Below, one piece after another: positions 48,902 through 58,909 of a stretch of 64,000 nucleotides of DNA. This DNA comes from Dehalococcoidia bacterium (GTDB lineage Bacteria > Chloroflexota > Dehalococcoidia > UBA2979). The position numbers were made by a program, and so were the translations under genes. Below the pieces are notes generated by a model, which saw only the letters and a list, made by a program, of their open reading frames with translations, did no database searches and was not told where the DNA came from. Position 1 is the first letter of the stretch; each line of letters begins with the position of its first letter. Location: assembly GCA_965219085.1 (NCBI GenBank), contig OZ244720.1, positions 512,001-576,000 on the forward strand, written 5' to 3'.

Positions 48902-48935
48902 GCCCGCCACCCGGTTCCACCAGAGGGCACAATCC

Positions 48936-48963
48936 CGGACGGCCGCCGCGAGGCGGCCGTCCG
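48936..48963. terminator. 12-bp stem with GCGA tetraloop after the HesB/IscA gene
   Basis: cggacggccgcc-gcga-ggcggccgtccg. Confidence 0.6.
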
Positions 48964-49080
48964 TGTTGCCCGAGCGTGTTGCCCGGGAGCGCTGAGGCCG
49001 CGGCGCTCGGCCCGCCACCCGAATCGCGGTCGTGAGCGCCTCTTGTCCGCGAGCATCCGACGCCGCACGCTGGCCTGACG

Positions 49081-49680
49081 GTGCTGCACGACCTTCGCGA
49101 ATGGCTCATCGCATGGGCGGACAGCCCCGCGGGGCCGATCGCGCTCGCGCTGATTACCGCGTCCGAGGCGATCTTCTTCCCGATCCCGCCCGACCCGCTG
49201 CTGATCGCGCTCGCGCTCCGCAACCCTGACACCGCGCTGCTGCTCGCGGGCCTCGCGACCGTGGCCTCGACGGCAGGCGGGCTCGTCGGGCACTGGCTCG
49301 GCGCGCGCTTCGGGAGGCCGCTGCTACAGCGCATCGGCGGCGAGAGGGCCGGACGCGTCGAGACGATGTTCGCGCGTTACGGCTTCTGGGCGGTCGTGGT
49401 CGCGGGGCTGACGCCGATCCCGTACAAGGTCTTCACGATCACCGCCGGCGTGCTCGGCCTCCCGCGCGTGCCGTTCGTGATCGCCTCGCTCGTGGGACGC
49501 GGGCTGCGCTTTGGCGCGTTCGGCGTGGCGATCTTCCTCTGGGGCGACCGCGTGCAGTCGTTCCTCGAGCAGCAGTTCGACGTGGTGGTGTTGGCGCTCG
49601 CGGGGGTGCTCGTTGCCGCCGCCGCGGCCTGGCTCTTGTGGTCGAGGCTGCGAGGGAGGCGTTCCGCCGGTCGCGTATGA
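49081..49680 (+). CDS. YqaA/DedA (VTT domain) membrane protein
   Basis: SEAIFFPIPPDPLL, GLTPIPYKVFTITAG, GRGLRF. Confidence 0.9.
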   Translation: MLHDLREWLIAWADSPAGPIALALITASEAIFFPIPPDPLLIALALRNPDTALLLAGLATVASTAGGLVGHWLGARFGRPLLQRIGGERAGRVETMFARYGFWAVVVAGLTPIPYKVFTITAGVLGLPRVPFVIASLVGRGLRFGAFGVAIFLWGDRVQSFLEQQFDVVVLALAGVLVAAAAAWLLWSRLRGRRSAGRV

Positions 49681-49704
49681 TACCGACGTTGTGAGAGTCG
49701 ACCC

Positions 49705-51384
49705 TTGACCAACGAAGCTCCACTTGCGGCTGCGCCGCTCGAAGTCGACGCGCGAGCGCGGCGGCTGATCGTCGTCGGCGCGATGCTCGCGCTCTTCCTC
49801 GCCGCCATCGACGCCACGATCGTGGGGACGGCCGTCCCGAGCATCGTCGGCGACCTCGGCGGCATCGACCTGCTGGCGTGGGTGTTCACCGCCTACCTGC
49901 TCACGTCGACGGTCACGCTGCCGCTCGCGGGGAAGTTCGGGGACCTGTTTGGCCGCAAGCCGCTGTTCCTGGTGGCGGTCGTGGCCTTCGTCATTGCCTC
50001 GGTAGCCGCGGGCCTGGCGCCCTCGATGGAGGCGCTGATCGGCGCGCGCGCGCTGCAGGGCATCGGCGCGGGCCTCATCTTTGCGACGACCATGGCGGTC
50101 ATCGCCGACCTGTACTCGCCGCTCGAACGCGGGCGCGTGCAGGGCGCGGTCGCCGGCGTGTTCGGGATCGCGTCGGTGATTGGGCCGACGCTGGGCGGCT
50201 GGATCACCGACGTATCGACATGGCGGTGGATCTTCCTGATCAACCTGCCGATCGGCATCGTCGCGTTCGTCGCGATCCTCGTGCTGATGCCGTGGACGCG
50301 CCTGGCGCGCGCGGGCGAGGCGCGCATCGACTTCCTCGGCGCGATCCTGCTCAGCGCGGCGGTCGTGCCCTTCCTGCTGGCGATGGTGTGGGGCGGCGAG
50401 CGCTACGAGTGGCTCGGCCCCGAGACGCTGGGCCTGATCGCGTTCTCGCTGGTCGCGCTCGCCGCGTTCGTGGCCGTCGAGGCGCGCGTGCCGGAGCCGC
50501 TCGTGCCGCTGTTCCTGTTCCGCAACCGGGTGTTCGCCGTGTCGGCGGTGCTCCTGCTCCTGACCGGCGCGGGGATGTTCGGCGCGCTGACGCTGCTCCC
50601 GCTCTACCTGCAGGGCGTCACGGGCGCGTCGGCGCGGCTCTCCGGGACGCTGATGACGCCGATGATGCTCGCGATCCCGGTCGCAGCGGCCTTCTCGGGA
50701 CAGATGATGAGCCGTACCGGCCGCTACAAGTACCTGCTCATCGGCGGCGTCATCGTGATGTCGGCGGGCATGTTCTCGTTCGCCACCGTCGACGCGTCGA
50801 CGGGCCGGTTCGAGGCGATCCTGCGGATGATCGTCGTGACGCTCGGCCTCGGCGTGACGCTGCCGCTGCTCCAGGTGGTGGTGCAAAACGCCGTGCCGTT
50901 CAGCGTCGTCGGCGTCGCCACCGCGAGCGTGCAGTTCTTCCGGCAGATCGGCGGTACGCTCGGCGTGGCGGTGCTGACCGGCATCATGGTCGGGCGATTC
51001 CGCGACGGTCTCAGCGAGGTCGCCGCGGGCCTCCCCGCCGTGCTCAACAACCCGAGCGCGCTGCTCAACGAGAACGAGGTCGCCGGCCTCCAGCAACGCT
51101 ACGAGGCGACAGCCGGCGAGGCCGCACCGGCGTTCGAGGTGGTCCTGGCGGCGGCTCGCGTCTCGCTGTCCGAGGCGATCGCGCTGGTATTCGTCATTGG
51201 CGCGGTGATCGTGGCATGCTCGCTCGTGGCGGCGTTCGTGCTGCCCGAACTGGAGCTGGAGAGCGCCTCGCCCGCCGAGCTGGCTCGACGCGAGGCGGCG
51301 GCCAGCGCCGCGCCGGAGCCGACCCACGTCGCGATGCACATCGTCGATAGGCCTGTGGGAGACGAAGGAGGACAGCATGCATGA
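49705..51384 (+). CDS. DHA2 (EmrB/QacA-type) MFS transporter
   Basis: DATIVGTA, GKFGDLFGRK, WRWIFLINLP, FFRQIGG. Confidence 0.92.
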   Translation: MTNEAPLAAAPLEVDARARRLIVVGAMLALFLAAIDATIVGTAVPSIVGDLGGIDLLAWVFTAYLLTSTVTLPLAGKFGDLFGRKPLFLVAVVAFVIASVAAGLAPSMEALIGARALQGIGAGLIFATTMAVIADLYSPLERGRVQGAVAGVFGIASVIGPTLGGWITDVSTWRWIFLINLPIGIVAFVAILVLMPWTRLARAGEARIDFLGAILLSAAVVPFLLAMVWGGERYEWLGPETLGLIAFSLVALAAFVAVEARVPEPLVPLFLFRNRVFAVSAVLLLLTGAGMFGALTLLPLYLQGVTGASARLSGTLMTPMMLAIPVAAAFSGQMMSRTGRYKYLLIGGVIVMSAGMFSFATVDASTGRFEAILRMIVVTLGLGVTLPLLQVVVQNAVPFSVVGVATASVQFFRQIGGTLGVAVLTGIMVGRFRDGLSEVAAGLPAVLNNPSALLNENEVAGLQQRYEATAGEAAPAFEVVLAAARVSLSEAIALVFVIGAVIVACSLVAAFVLPELELESASPAELARREAAASAAPEPTHVAMHIVDRPVGDEGGQHA

Positions 51385-52270
51385 GGCCCTGCGCGTGCTC
51401 GACGAAGTGCGCCAGCTACGCGACCCGGTGCTCATCGCGGCCTTCTCCGGCCTCAATGACTTCGGCGGCGCCGCCCTCGCGACCATGGAGCACCTGGTCG
51501 AGGCGTGGGGCGCGCGCGACCTCGCCGAGATCGAGCCCGAGCCGTTCTTCGACTTCACCGTGCAGCGCCCGACCGTGCGCCTCGAGGGCGACGAGCGGCG
51601 CATCGTCTGGCCGATCCCGCGCTTCAGCGTCGCCTCGCCCGAAGGCTCGAACCGCGACTTCGTGCTGCTGTCGAGCGCCGAGCCGCACCTGCGCTGGCGC
51701 ACGTTCACCGAGATCGTCGCCGAGGTCATGGAGGCGACCGGCGCGACTACCAGCATCACCATCGCCGCGCAGGCGGCGGCCACGCCGCACACCCGCCCGA
51801 TGCCGGTGACGCTCTCCGCCTCGCACGACGACTTCGAGCAGCAGTTCGGCCTCGAAGTGCCCGAGTCGCGCTACGAGGGGCCGACGGGGATCGTCGGCGT
51901 GCTCAACCTCTCGCACCGCTCGCGCGGGTGGCGCAACGCGAGCCTGTGGGCGCAGGCGCCGCATTACCTCTCGACGGGGCCGAACCCCGGCGCCATCACC
52001 GCGCTGGTCGAGGTCCTCGACCGTGGCTTCGGGCTGCAGACGTCGATCGAGGCCGTGGAGGCGCAGACCGCGGACTTCGACGAGCAGGTGCGGCAGGCGC
52101 TGGAGGAGTCGAACGAGGCCGCCGACTACATCAAGAACCTCGAGGAGCAGTACGACGCGAACCAGAGCGCGCCGTCTGCGCCGGACGAGGGCGCCGCCGA
52201 GTTGCCGTCGGCCGAGGACCTGCTGAGCGACCTCGAAGGCTTCCTCCGCGACCAGCGCGACGACGCCTAG
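51377..52270 (+). CDS. PAC2 family (proteasome assembly chaperone-like) protein
   Basis: AAFSGLND, FDFTVQRP, EPHLRW, PHTRP, YEGPTGI, PHYL. Confidence 0.9.
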   Translation: MHEALRVLDEVRQLRDPVLIAAFSGLNDFGGAALATMEHLVEAWGARDLAEIEPEPFFDFTVQRPTVRLEGDERRIVWPIPRFSVASPEGSNRDFVLLSSAEPHLRWRTFTEIVAEVMEATGATTSITIAAQAAATPHTRPMPVTLSASHDDFEQQFGLEVPESRYEGPTGIVGVLNLSHRSRGWRNASLWAQAPHYLSTGPNPGAITALVEVLDRGFGLQTSIEAVEAQTADFDEQVRQALEESNEAADYIKNLEEQYDANQSAPSAPDEGAAELPSAEDLLSDLEGFLRDQRDDA

Positions 52271-52296
52271 GGCGTTCCGTCGCCGGGCTCCGTCGG

Positions 52297-52716
52297 CTAG
52301 GCCGAGACCTCGCGCAGCGCCACGACCGGTAGCTCCCGGTCGGTCCGCGACTGGTAGCCCTCGTAGCGGTCCGTCACGGCCGTGATCCGCTCGAAGCGGT
52401 GACGCCGCTCCGCCCCGATCAGGGGCTCGGCGCGCATCGAGCGCCTGCCCGCGCGCGTCTCCACCTCGACCGTGGGGTTGGCGACGAGGTTGTGGTACCA
52501 GCCCGGGTTGTACGGCCCCCCGTTGTTCGAGGCGATGACCAGCACGGCGCCGCGGTCTTCGACGTAGAGCAGCGGTACCGTCCGCCGCCTCCCCGACCGC
52601 CGACCCGTGGTCGTGAGCAGCAGCACGGGCATGTCGAACTTGCCGAGCAGGCGTCCGCCGGTCAGGCGGAAGACGAAGATGTGGAATGGGACGAAAAAGC
52701 GAAGGAAGAACCTCAT
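52297..52716 (-). CDS. Deazaflavin (F420)-dependent nitroreductase family protein (Ddn-like)
   Basis: LLTTTGRRSG, IASNNG, PGWYHNLVANP, YQSRTDRELPV. Confidence 0.92.
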   Translation of the reverse strand: MRFFLRFFVPFHIFVFRLTGGRLLGKFDMPVLLLTTTGRRSGRRRTVPLLYVEDRGAVLVIASNNGGPYNPGWYHNLVANPTVEVETRAGRRSMRAEPLIGAERRHRFERITAVTDRYEGYQSRTDRELPVVALREVSA

Positions 52717-52825
52717 GTCAGCCTCCCGCCCTTCGAGGTCTGGCTGGCGCGTTCTCTGGTCAGTCTATCCGACCGGGGAGCCACGACGCTTGCTACCACG
52801 ACAGCGGGCAGAGGCCCGCTGCCCA

Positions 52826-54475
52826 TTACGGGGAGGGATCATCCGAGTCGTCAATGGCGGACGCGAGAGGCCCGAATCGCGATCTCACCCACTCCAAGGC
52901 ATCGTTGTCGTCACTTATGAGTCGCAAGACGGCTTGCTCGTAGTCTGATCTGGATTGGAATCTCAAGCGCGTTGCGATGACATTGAGGGCGCCTGTCTGT
53001 CGAATCGAGTAGCGCTCCACAAGCGTCTCGAGGTCTCCCTCCGCGATCGCCGCCTTCAACTCAGTGCGTTCTTGGTCATGAATGGCGGGAACATTGACCG
53101 GCGGGAGCGCCATGACTGTACGGAGGTCGATATCTGTCGGGATGCCCTCTCGGGCCTTCCGCCGCGCCCGCTCGGTCGTGCGCTTCTTGACGATGAGTTC
53201 AGCTTGCTGGCGGATCCTCTTGAGCGCTCCCATGCGTGCGCTCCCGAGATCCGCTGCAGCGTCGCCGCCGATCGACGCCACATGCCTCTCGGCTACTCTC
53301 CGCTGAATCTCCGGGTGGTAGTAGATCGACTCGACGGAGTACCAGCCTAGGGCGAACACGCCATCCGCGCGCAGGTCCGCAACCTCCTCGGCAGACCGGT
53401 TGTCGCGATCCACGATGCCAAACGCCTCAACCCAGGCGAGGTCCCGAGCGTTCCTGAGTCCTTTCACGGCGCGCAGGACCTGAGCCTGCCCCCCTTTGGG
53501 AATCACTGACACTCCGGGGAATAGGAGGGTATAGAGAGGTTGGTCGAGGCTAGCTGCGGACTTCCCTTCCACAAACAGAATCTTGCGGCGAGCTCCGAGG
53601 ACATCTCGCTGAAGCTGCTCGTCGAGCGAATGAGAGGGTTCCAGAAGGTCGGCATGCCAAGACGTAGGTCTACCATCGATGAAATGACACCCCCGCACTA
53701 GGAGTGCCTTCGATTCAGGGAAGTCTAACGGCAGGCCCACCTCGTGGGTCGAGATCACGAACGTGCAATCGTTACGCTCCGAAATTAGTGACTGCAGCAG
53801 TGGCGTGATAATCGATCGGTGCAGGTGGCGCTCGGGCTCGTCGACGAGGAACAACGTGCCTGCTGTGGCGGTCAGGACCTGTGAGGCTAGGAGAGCGGCG
53901 CTGCGCTCTCCATCCGACATCTCCGCCATGCTGTAGGGCGAGAGCCCGACGCGCCGGGCACGAATTTCCTCGCCGTCGGCAATCGATATGGAAACGGGCA
54001 GATTCGACAACTGCATCAGGCGGTTGATCTTCTCTAGAGGAGAATCTTCGTCTGCCAATTCATGTGCACGGTTGTCGTCGCGGGCTCGAGCCGCGTCCCT
54101 GATTTCCCGGAGCGTTGGTGTTTCCGAATTAATCAGGTTGTAGAGCGCCATACGTGGGCGCACGTCGTTGCGCTGGCCTTGCCATCGTGATTCTGGTTGC
54201 GCGTCCATAACCTGGACTTCTGACTCCTGCTGCCGCATCGTCTGCGGCGTTAGGTCGACTGTGCTTGACTGCAGCCAAGTCTGCCGGTGCGCCGAGATCC
54301 TGATTGCGCTTGTGCTGTAGGCGCTGGCCAAATGCTGAATAAAGGCTGACTTCCCGGTTCCATTTGCTCCCAGAACGAAGAGAATCTCTCCGGTGTGGAT
54401 CCGGATATCCAGGGGGTCGCGTTCGGGCCTCGGTAGGGTGGTGCCAAAGGCCACGGCATTGGTCCCTTCGCTCAT
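52826..54475 (-). CDS. ABC-type ATPase fused to a TOPRIM/DUF4435-like domain (fused PARIS AriAB-like or OLD-like)
   Basis: GANGTGKS, MSDGER, VDEPERHLH, ISTH; then LFVEG, GIVDRD, YSVESIY. Confidence 0.75.
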   Translation of the reverse strand: MSEGTNAVAFGTTLPRPERDPLDIRIHTGEILFVLGANGTGKSAFIQHLASAYSTSAIRISAHRQTWLQSSTVDLTPQTMRQQESEVQVMDAQPESRWQGQRNDVRPRMALYNLINSETPTLREIRDAARARDDNRAHELADEDSPLEKINRLMQLSNLPVSISIADGEEIRARRVGLSPYSMAEMSDGERSAALLASQVLTATAGTLFLVDEPERHLHRSIITPLLQSLISERNDCTFVISTHEVGLPLDFPESKALLVRGCHFIDGRPTSWHADLLEPSHSLDEQLQRDVLGARRKILFVEGKSAASLDQPLYTLLFPGVSVIPKGGQAQVLRAVKGLRNARDLAWVEAFGIVDRDNRSAEEVADLRADGVFALGWYSVESIYYHPEIQRRVAERHVASIGGDAAADLGSARMGALKRIRQQAELIVKKRTTERARRKAREGIPTDIDLRTVMALPPVNVPAIHDQERTELKAAIAEGDLETLVERYSIRQTGALNVIATRLRFQSRSDYEQAVLRLISDDNDALEWVRSRFGPLASAIDDSDDPSP

Positions 54476-54798
54476 CCGTCGGCTGTCCTCGGTGTGCGTG
54501 CCGATACTCGCCGGTCACTCCGGCCGGCGCAGCCCGACAATCGTATGGGGAGGGGTTGGCTGGCCAAAGAAGACTGTACTGCGAACTTTCGAGTTGGTGG
54601 TGGGGCTGTAGGCTCGGTGGGTGAGGACTGGCCGTCCCCCTCGAGCGGGCGATCTGCAGCGTTCGGTTCGCCCACCACCTCACGACTTAGCTGCTCCGTC
54701 CCACCGTCTTGGCGCGTTCCGGGGCTGCCAGCCCAACATTGGCACGTAGCTGGGCCCGCGCGAAACGGGCGAACGAACCACCACCCTCCGCTGTCGTT

Positions 54799-57700
54799 CT
54801 AAGGGTGCGGGCCGCCACCTCGCGGGGCGAGGTCATCCCGCAGATTCGCAAGGGTGATCACGGGCACGGGGAGCTTCCGCAAGGCGGGCGTGAAGACCTC
54901 GCTGCTCACCACAACCAGCTGCTTCACTCGCCACTCGCCTGCTGCGCTGCCATCGATGTCGAGCCCGCGCAGCGCGTCCCGGAGGTGGGCGCGAAGCCAA
55001 GTGAACCGCTCGCCGTGCGTCTTCAGTGCCTTCCGCAGTTTCTTCTCTTCGTTGCTGAACTCCGCCGGCGTGCGCGCTGCAGAGAAATCCTTCGTTTCGA
55101 CCAACAGCAGCTCCTTCGACGAAGGGGCAGCGACGAGGACATCGATGTCTCCCAGCGGCTGCCCCGGCTCGCGCTCGATGTTACGGCCAGCGATCGACGC
55201 CACACGTCGCCGCACGATCAGTCCTTGAACAGCCTCATAGGCCTCGGCGACTCGGTCGTTGAACACCTCGCCAGAGTGGTTGGTGATTCTGCCTTGCAAT
55301 GAACGCATCTGATCGCTCTGCCCCTTGAGACGACCCTCGACCAACTGGTGGAAGAGGTACTCAGTGGCGCGAATCAACGCTCGCGTGCCCCACAGGAGTT
55401 CAGGTGCACCACCGCACATCTCCCTTCGCAGCAGCGGGCGCCCCAGGTACGACAACCGGCGATTGAACGCCCACGGGTAGAGATCCCGCCGGGCGAACCC
55501 GGGAGGTGGATCAAGAAAGGCGGCGCGGGGCTCAAGGGTGAGAAGGCTGAATGCCGCATCGAGCTCGATCTCTGACCACGGAAGCAGGGACGCCACCCGC
55601 TTGCGTACCTCCATCTCCGGGAGACACTTGGTCGGCCCCGGCTGCTCGGCTCCGACCGCGACGAGCGCTTCAAGGAACTCCGCGATCTGCGTGATGCTGA
55701 CCCCGAACTCCGCCTTCGTAGCTGCGTCGAAGTCTGAAGCTGAAATGGGCGGGTCGGGAGCAGGGTCGGTCTGGCCTTCGAACATCGAGGGGAAGGCCGC
55801 CGATGAACGCATGATCTGCTCCGCCCTCGCTCGCCCGGCAAAGCCTTCGACGGCCGCCTCATACTCGGTCGTGCTCCGTCCTAGCCGGCCGGACCCAAGA
55901 ACTGTCAGCCGTGTATCGGCGAGGCCGTAGTGGATCGTGTCACTGTCGAGTCCCCAGCCAACAATGAGGACAGCCAACGCGATGAGCTCATCGTACGCCT
56001 CGAGGCTGAACGGTCTGAGCCCAGTTGGGGGCCGAGCCGCTACATACTCGGTCACGAACCGATGCGCTACCGCAGTGGTCGAGAGGATGGTGCCGCCCCG
56101 CTGCAGCTCTTCCACTACTTCCTGGAGGTTTCCGAAGCAGGCGACCTGCGTGGGAGTCAGTCTTCGCTCCCGTTCCTGCCTCTGAACCAGGCGCTCTCCA
56201 TAGGCAACGAGTGCCTCTATCACCCCTTCTGGACTGAGGGTGGCGACCAAGTGCTCGAAGCGTCTGAAGTACTCCGCGACCATGAGCTTGAGCGTTGGTA
56301 CTCGCTGCCCCGGTGCGATCGGGCCGAGCGGTAGCTCCATGCGATCTAGGAGCTCCTGTTCGCCATCACGCCACTCATCGAGCACCGCGTGCTGAAGGGG
56401 CCGGTACGGCGGAAGGTCGCTCTCGTCTAGAACCGCACTCACTTCCCCGCCGATCAGGAAGAACTTCTTCTTGAGCCCGAGGGGCGCATACTGGTCCAAC
56501 GCCTGAGCGATCGAGTTCTCGGATGGTCGGTCGTCCGCTCCAACAGCATCCCGCCCACCGTCGTGCAACGCCTCTAGGAGAAGACGCACGATCTCGCGCT
56601 CGCCGGCGTTGTCGCCGCCACGAAGCAGCGCCGAGGTTCCCTCCTTGAACGTCAGCTTGAAGCCGTGATCGATGTGTTCGACCTCCAAGGGATCGGGGGA
56701 AGCAGGGTGCTCGGCGAACCATGTTTCTGATTCGACGACATCCACCTTTATCACCATTGGATCGAATCGCTCGGCCAGTCGCCCCAAGGTTTCGCGGAGG
56801 TGCGGTTCGAACTGCCAGGTCCAGTAGGCGATCATGTCGACGAGTCTCCGCACAAGTTCCTCAAGGCGAGGGTCATCGGGAGTCCGGGTGGCCTCGACCC
56901 AGAGAATCAGCGGGAGTCCTTCGACGACCAGGGAGAACGTGGCGACTGATCCCGGCCGCGACACGTAGATGGGTACATCCGGCTTGTCGAACCGGACGAC
57001 CTCCACAGTGCTGTGGCCGTTGGCCGCTGGCACCCCATGGATGTCGAGAGCGTCACGCGCCTCGATTCGCATATCGATCGCTGACCCCGGAGTGATGATG
57101 ACGCCCGTCGGCCGACGCTCGTCTGACATGTAGTACGTGAAGCCGCTCTTCCGCCAGACCGCGAATTCATCTATGGGGTCGAACACAAAGACCCTCGCGT
57201 AGTCACGGAGCCGGCGCTTGGCCTTCGCGTACTGCCACAATAGGAGGCCGTGACCCTGCTCGGTGTGTGCGATCACCTCAAGATCCGTGGGCGATAGTAG
57301 GAGTGTGTGGGCGAACCGGGTCTCGCTGAGTCCCAGGAGGACGCTCCGCCCCAGAGATTCGAACGCGACTAGTGCGAGCACACCATTTGGCGGGTTTGTG
57401 CTCGTAACCATCCCTTCTTCGAGCGCACGGATCTCCATTTCAAGCCGATCGCTCAGCGTTGCCTGGGACCAGTCGCCGTTGATAGTGGTCGGGTCGAAGT
57501 GCTCGAGCGGATCCGTCAGGAGGAGCAGCTCCAGCACCTTGTCGCTGTCAATGCTGTACAGCGCGCGGGTGGCCGGGAACGCGGGATCGTTCGACACTCG
57601 CGGACCATCGAGCCGAGAACACCCAAGCAGATTCAGCGCTCGATCGACACTCTGGAACGCCGTGCCGCGGAACCGCTCTGCGACAGCCGGCAGATCGCCG

Positions 57701-58509
57701 CACTCAGACGCTTTGGAGAGGATTGCATGTGTCAATGCTGCTGGCAGCGAGCCAGGCGCGATGAGCACGTAGGTCCCATCGATCCGGAGGATCGGCCTTC
57801 GGTAGACGGGGAGATCATCAAGGCTGACCGTGGACGCCATGGCGGTACCTGCGTCCATCGTCAACAAAGAGAGGGCCTCCACGTCCACGCCTAGGCGCGA
57901 GAATTGTGCCTGGAGTGTCGCCGATGAAAACGTCACCGCGTCTCGGAGCTGCACGCGCCGCTCCCCGTTCGGCTGGACGATCTCGTCGGTCGGGAGCGTT
58001 TCCGCCTGCTCATCGCGCTTCAGGCCGGCCTTTGCTGCACACTCGTTGCTAAGCGTGAGTGCAGCGAGCGCCAGGTCCTGAGCCGACCGGACGAATTCGT
58101 CGGAGAGCACTGCTGGTGCCATGCGATCGCCGAGGAAGATCGCGCGAAGCAACATCTGAAGTAGGGGGGCGGAACGCTCGCCCATCCCTGGGAATACTGT
58201 GTACGTACCACCGAAAAAGACGACGGCCTCGGTGAACGGGTTGCAGGCAGGGTCTTCAGCGGGTTTGACATGCTGACCGCTGAAGGGCTCCGCTCCGAGC
58301 CACCTTCGCCAGCGCCTAGTGCTGATCGTGGGCAGGTCGCGTGCGGCGGGAAGCGTCGACACAACGCTGGCTGCCAACTCGAGCCGGAGGACGTTCGCCC
58401 CATTCTCGGCCATCAGCTGGAGCGCACCGACCCGTTGGCTCAGGTCGAGGCGGTCGAATGGCCTCAGCGACTCCGCCGCAGCCGAGATCTGGACATCGAG
58501 TGAGTCCAA
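54799..58509 (-). CDS. 1236-aa hypothetical protein with a C-terminal PD-(D/E)xK nuclease domain
   Basis: Long ORF in lower-GC DNA; GEVFN...GDIDVL...LLVETKD; TTG start uncertain. Confidence 0.75.
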   Translation of the reverse strand: MDSLDVQISAAAESLRPFDRLDLSQRVGALQLMAENGANVLRLELAASVVSTLPAARDLPTISTRRWRRWLGAEPFSGQHVKPAEDPACNPFTEAVVFFGGTYTVFPGMGERSAPLLQMLLRAIFLGDRMAPAVLSDEFVRSAQDLALAALTLSNECAAKAGLKRDEQAETLPTDEIVQPNGERRVQLRDAVTFSSATLQAQFSRLGVDVEALSLLTMDAGTAMASTVSLDDLPVYRRPILRIDGTYVLIAPGSLPAALTHAILSKASECGDLPAVAERFRGTAFQSVDRALNLLGCSRLDGPRVSNDPAFPATRALYSIDSDKVLELLLLTDPLEHFDPTTINGDWSQATLSDRLEMEIRALEEGMVTSTNPPNGVLALVAFESLGRSVLLGLSETRFAHTLLLSPTDLEVIAHTEQGHGLLLWQYAKAKRRLRDYARVFVFDPIDEFAVWRKSGFTYYMSDERRPTGVIITPGSAIDMRIEARDALDIHGVPAANGHSTVEVVRFDKPDVPIYVSRPGSVATFSLVVEGLPLILWVEATRTPDDPRLEELVRRLVDMIAYWTWQFEPHLRETLGRLAERFDPMVIKVDVVESETWFAEHPASPDPLEVEHIDHGFKLTFKEGTSALLRGGDNAGEREIVRLLLEALHDGGRDAVGADDRPSENSIAQALDQYAPLGLKKKFFLIGGEVSAVLDESDLPPYRPLQHAVLDEWRDGEQELLDRMELPLGPIAPGQRVPTLKLMVAEYFRRFEHLVATLSPEGVIEALVAYGERLVQRQERERRLTPTQVACFGNLQEVVEELQRGGTILSTTAVAHRFVTEYVAARPPTGLRPFSLEAYDELIALAVLIVGWGLDSDTIHYGLADTRLTVLGSGRLGRSTTEYEAAVEGFAGRARAEQIMRSSAAFPSMFEGQTDPAPDPPISASDFDAATKAEFGVSITQIAEFLEALVAVGAEQPGPTKCLPEMEVRKRVASLLPWSEIELDAAFSLLTLEPRAAFLDPPPGFARRDLYPWAFNRRLSYLGRPLLRREMCGGAPELLWGTRALIRATEYLFHQLVEGRLKGQSDQMRSLQGRITNHSGEVFNDRVAEAYEAVQGLIVRRRVASIAGRNIEREPGQPLGDIDVLVAAPSSKELLLVETKDFSAARTPAEFSNEEKKLRKALKTHGERFTWLRAHLRDALRGLDIDGSAAGEWRVKQLVVVSSEVFTPALRKLPVPVITLANLRDDLAPRGGGPHP

Positions 58510-58596
58510 GCATCCGTGTCCATCTCAGGGGAGCAGGATGATCATACCCGAGCCGAGACCCTCCTCCGTCAATGTGCTCTCGCGCACTTCGTGTAG

Positions 58597-58862
58597 GGTA
58601 TGAACACCGGGGCAGGCCAGCGCTCCATTGGGGCCCCACCGGCGTCCCGGGTTCGCTGACTTGGGCCCGCTGATCTCAGTGTGGGTAATCCGCAGCTCAA
58701 CAGAGTCTTGGACCGCCTAACCGAATTGGGAGCTACGTCGACCGAGGATGTACGCCGCTCCCTCGGAGGCGGATCGACTGAACCACCGCGCGCGTAGACG
58801 CCGCATCCCGAAGTCCAGCGCCACCCAGAATTGCCGGCTCAACCGACCGAGGTGTTCATACC
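58597..58862. repeat. 266-bp segment bounded by perfect 12-bp inverted repeats
   Basis: ggtatgaacacc at 58597-58608 and ggtgttcatacc at 58851-58862. Confidence 0.55.
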
Positions 58863-58909
58863 GAGGCCTTCGAAGAAGCTCGCCTTGGGAACGCGCACGG
58901 TGCGATCGG

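Noticed and set aside
54476-54798. Integron attC-like site (gcccaac...gctgggc) between defence genes
   Set aside because: The hairpin is too short, no proper R/L box architecture is evident, and there is no integron integrase in the window.
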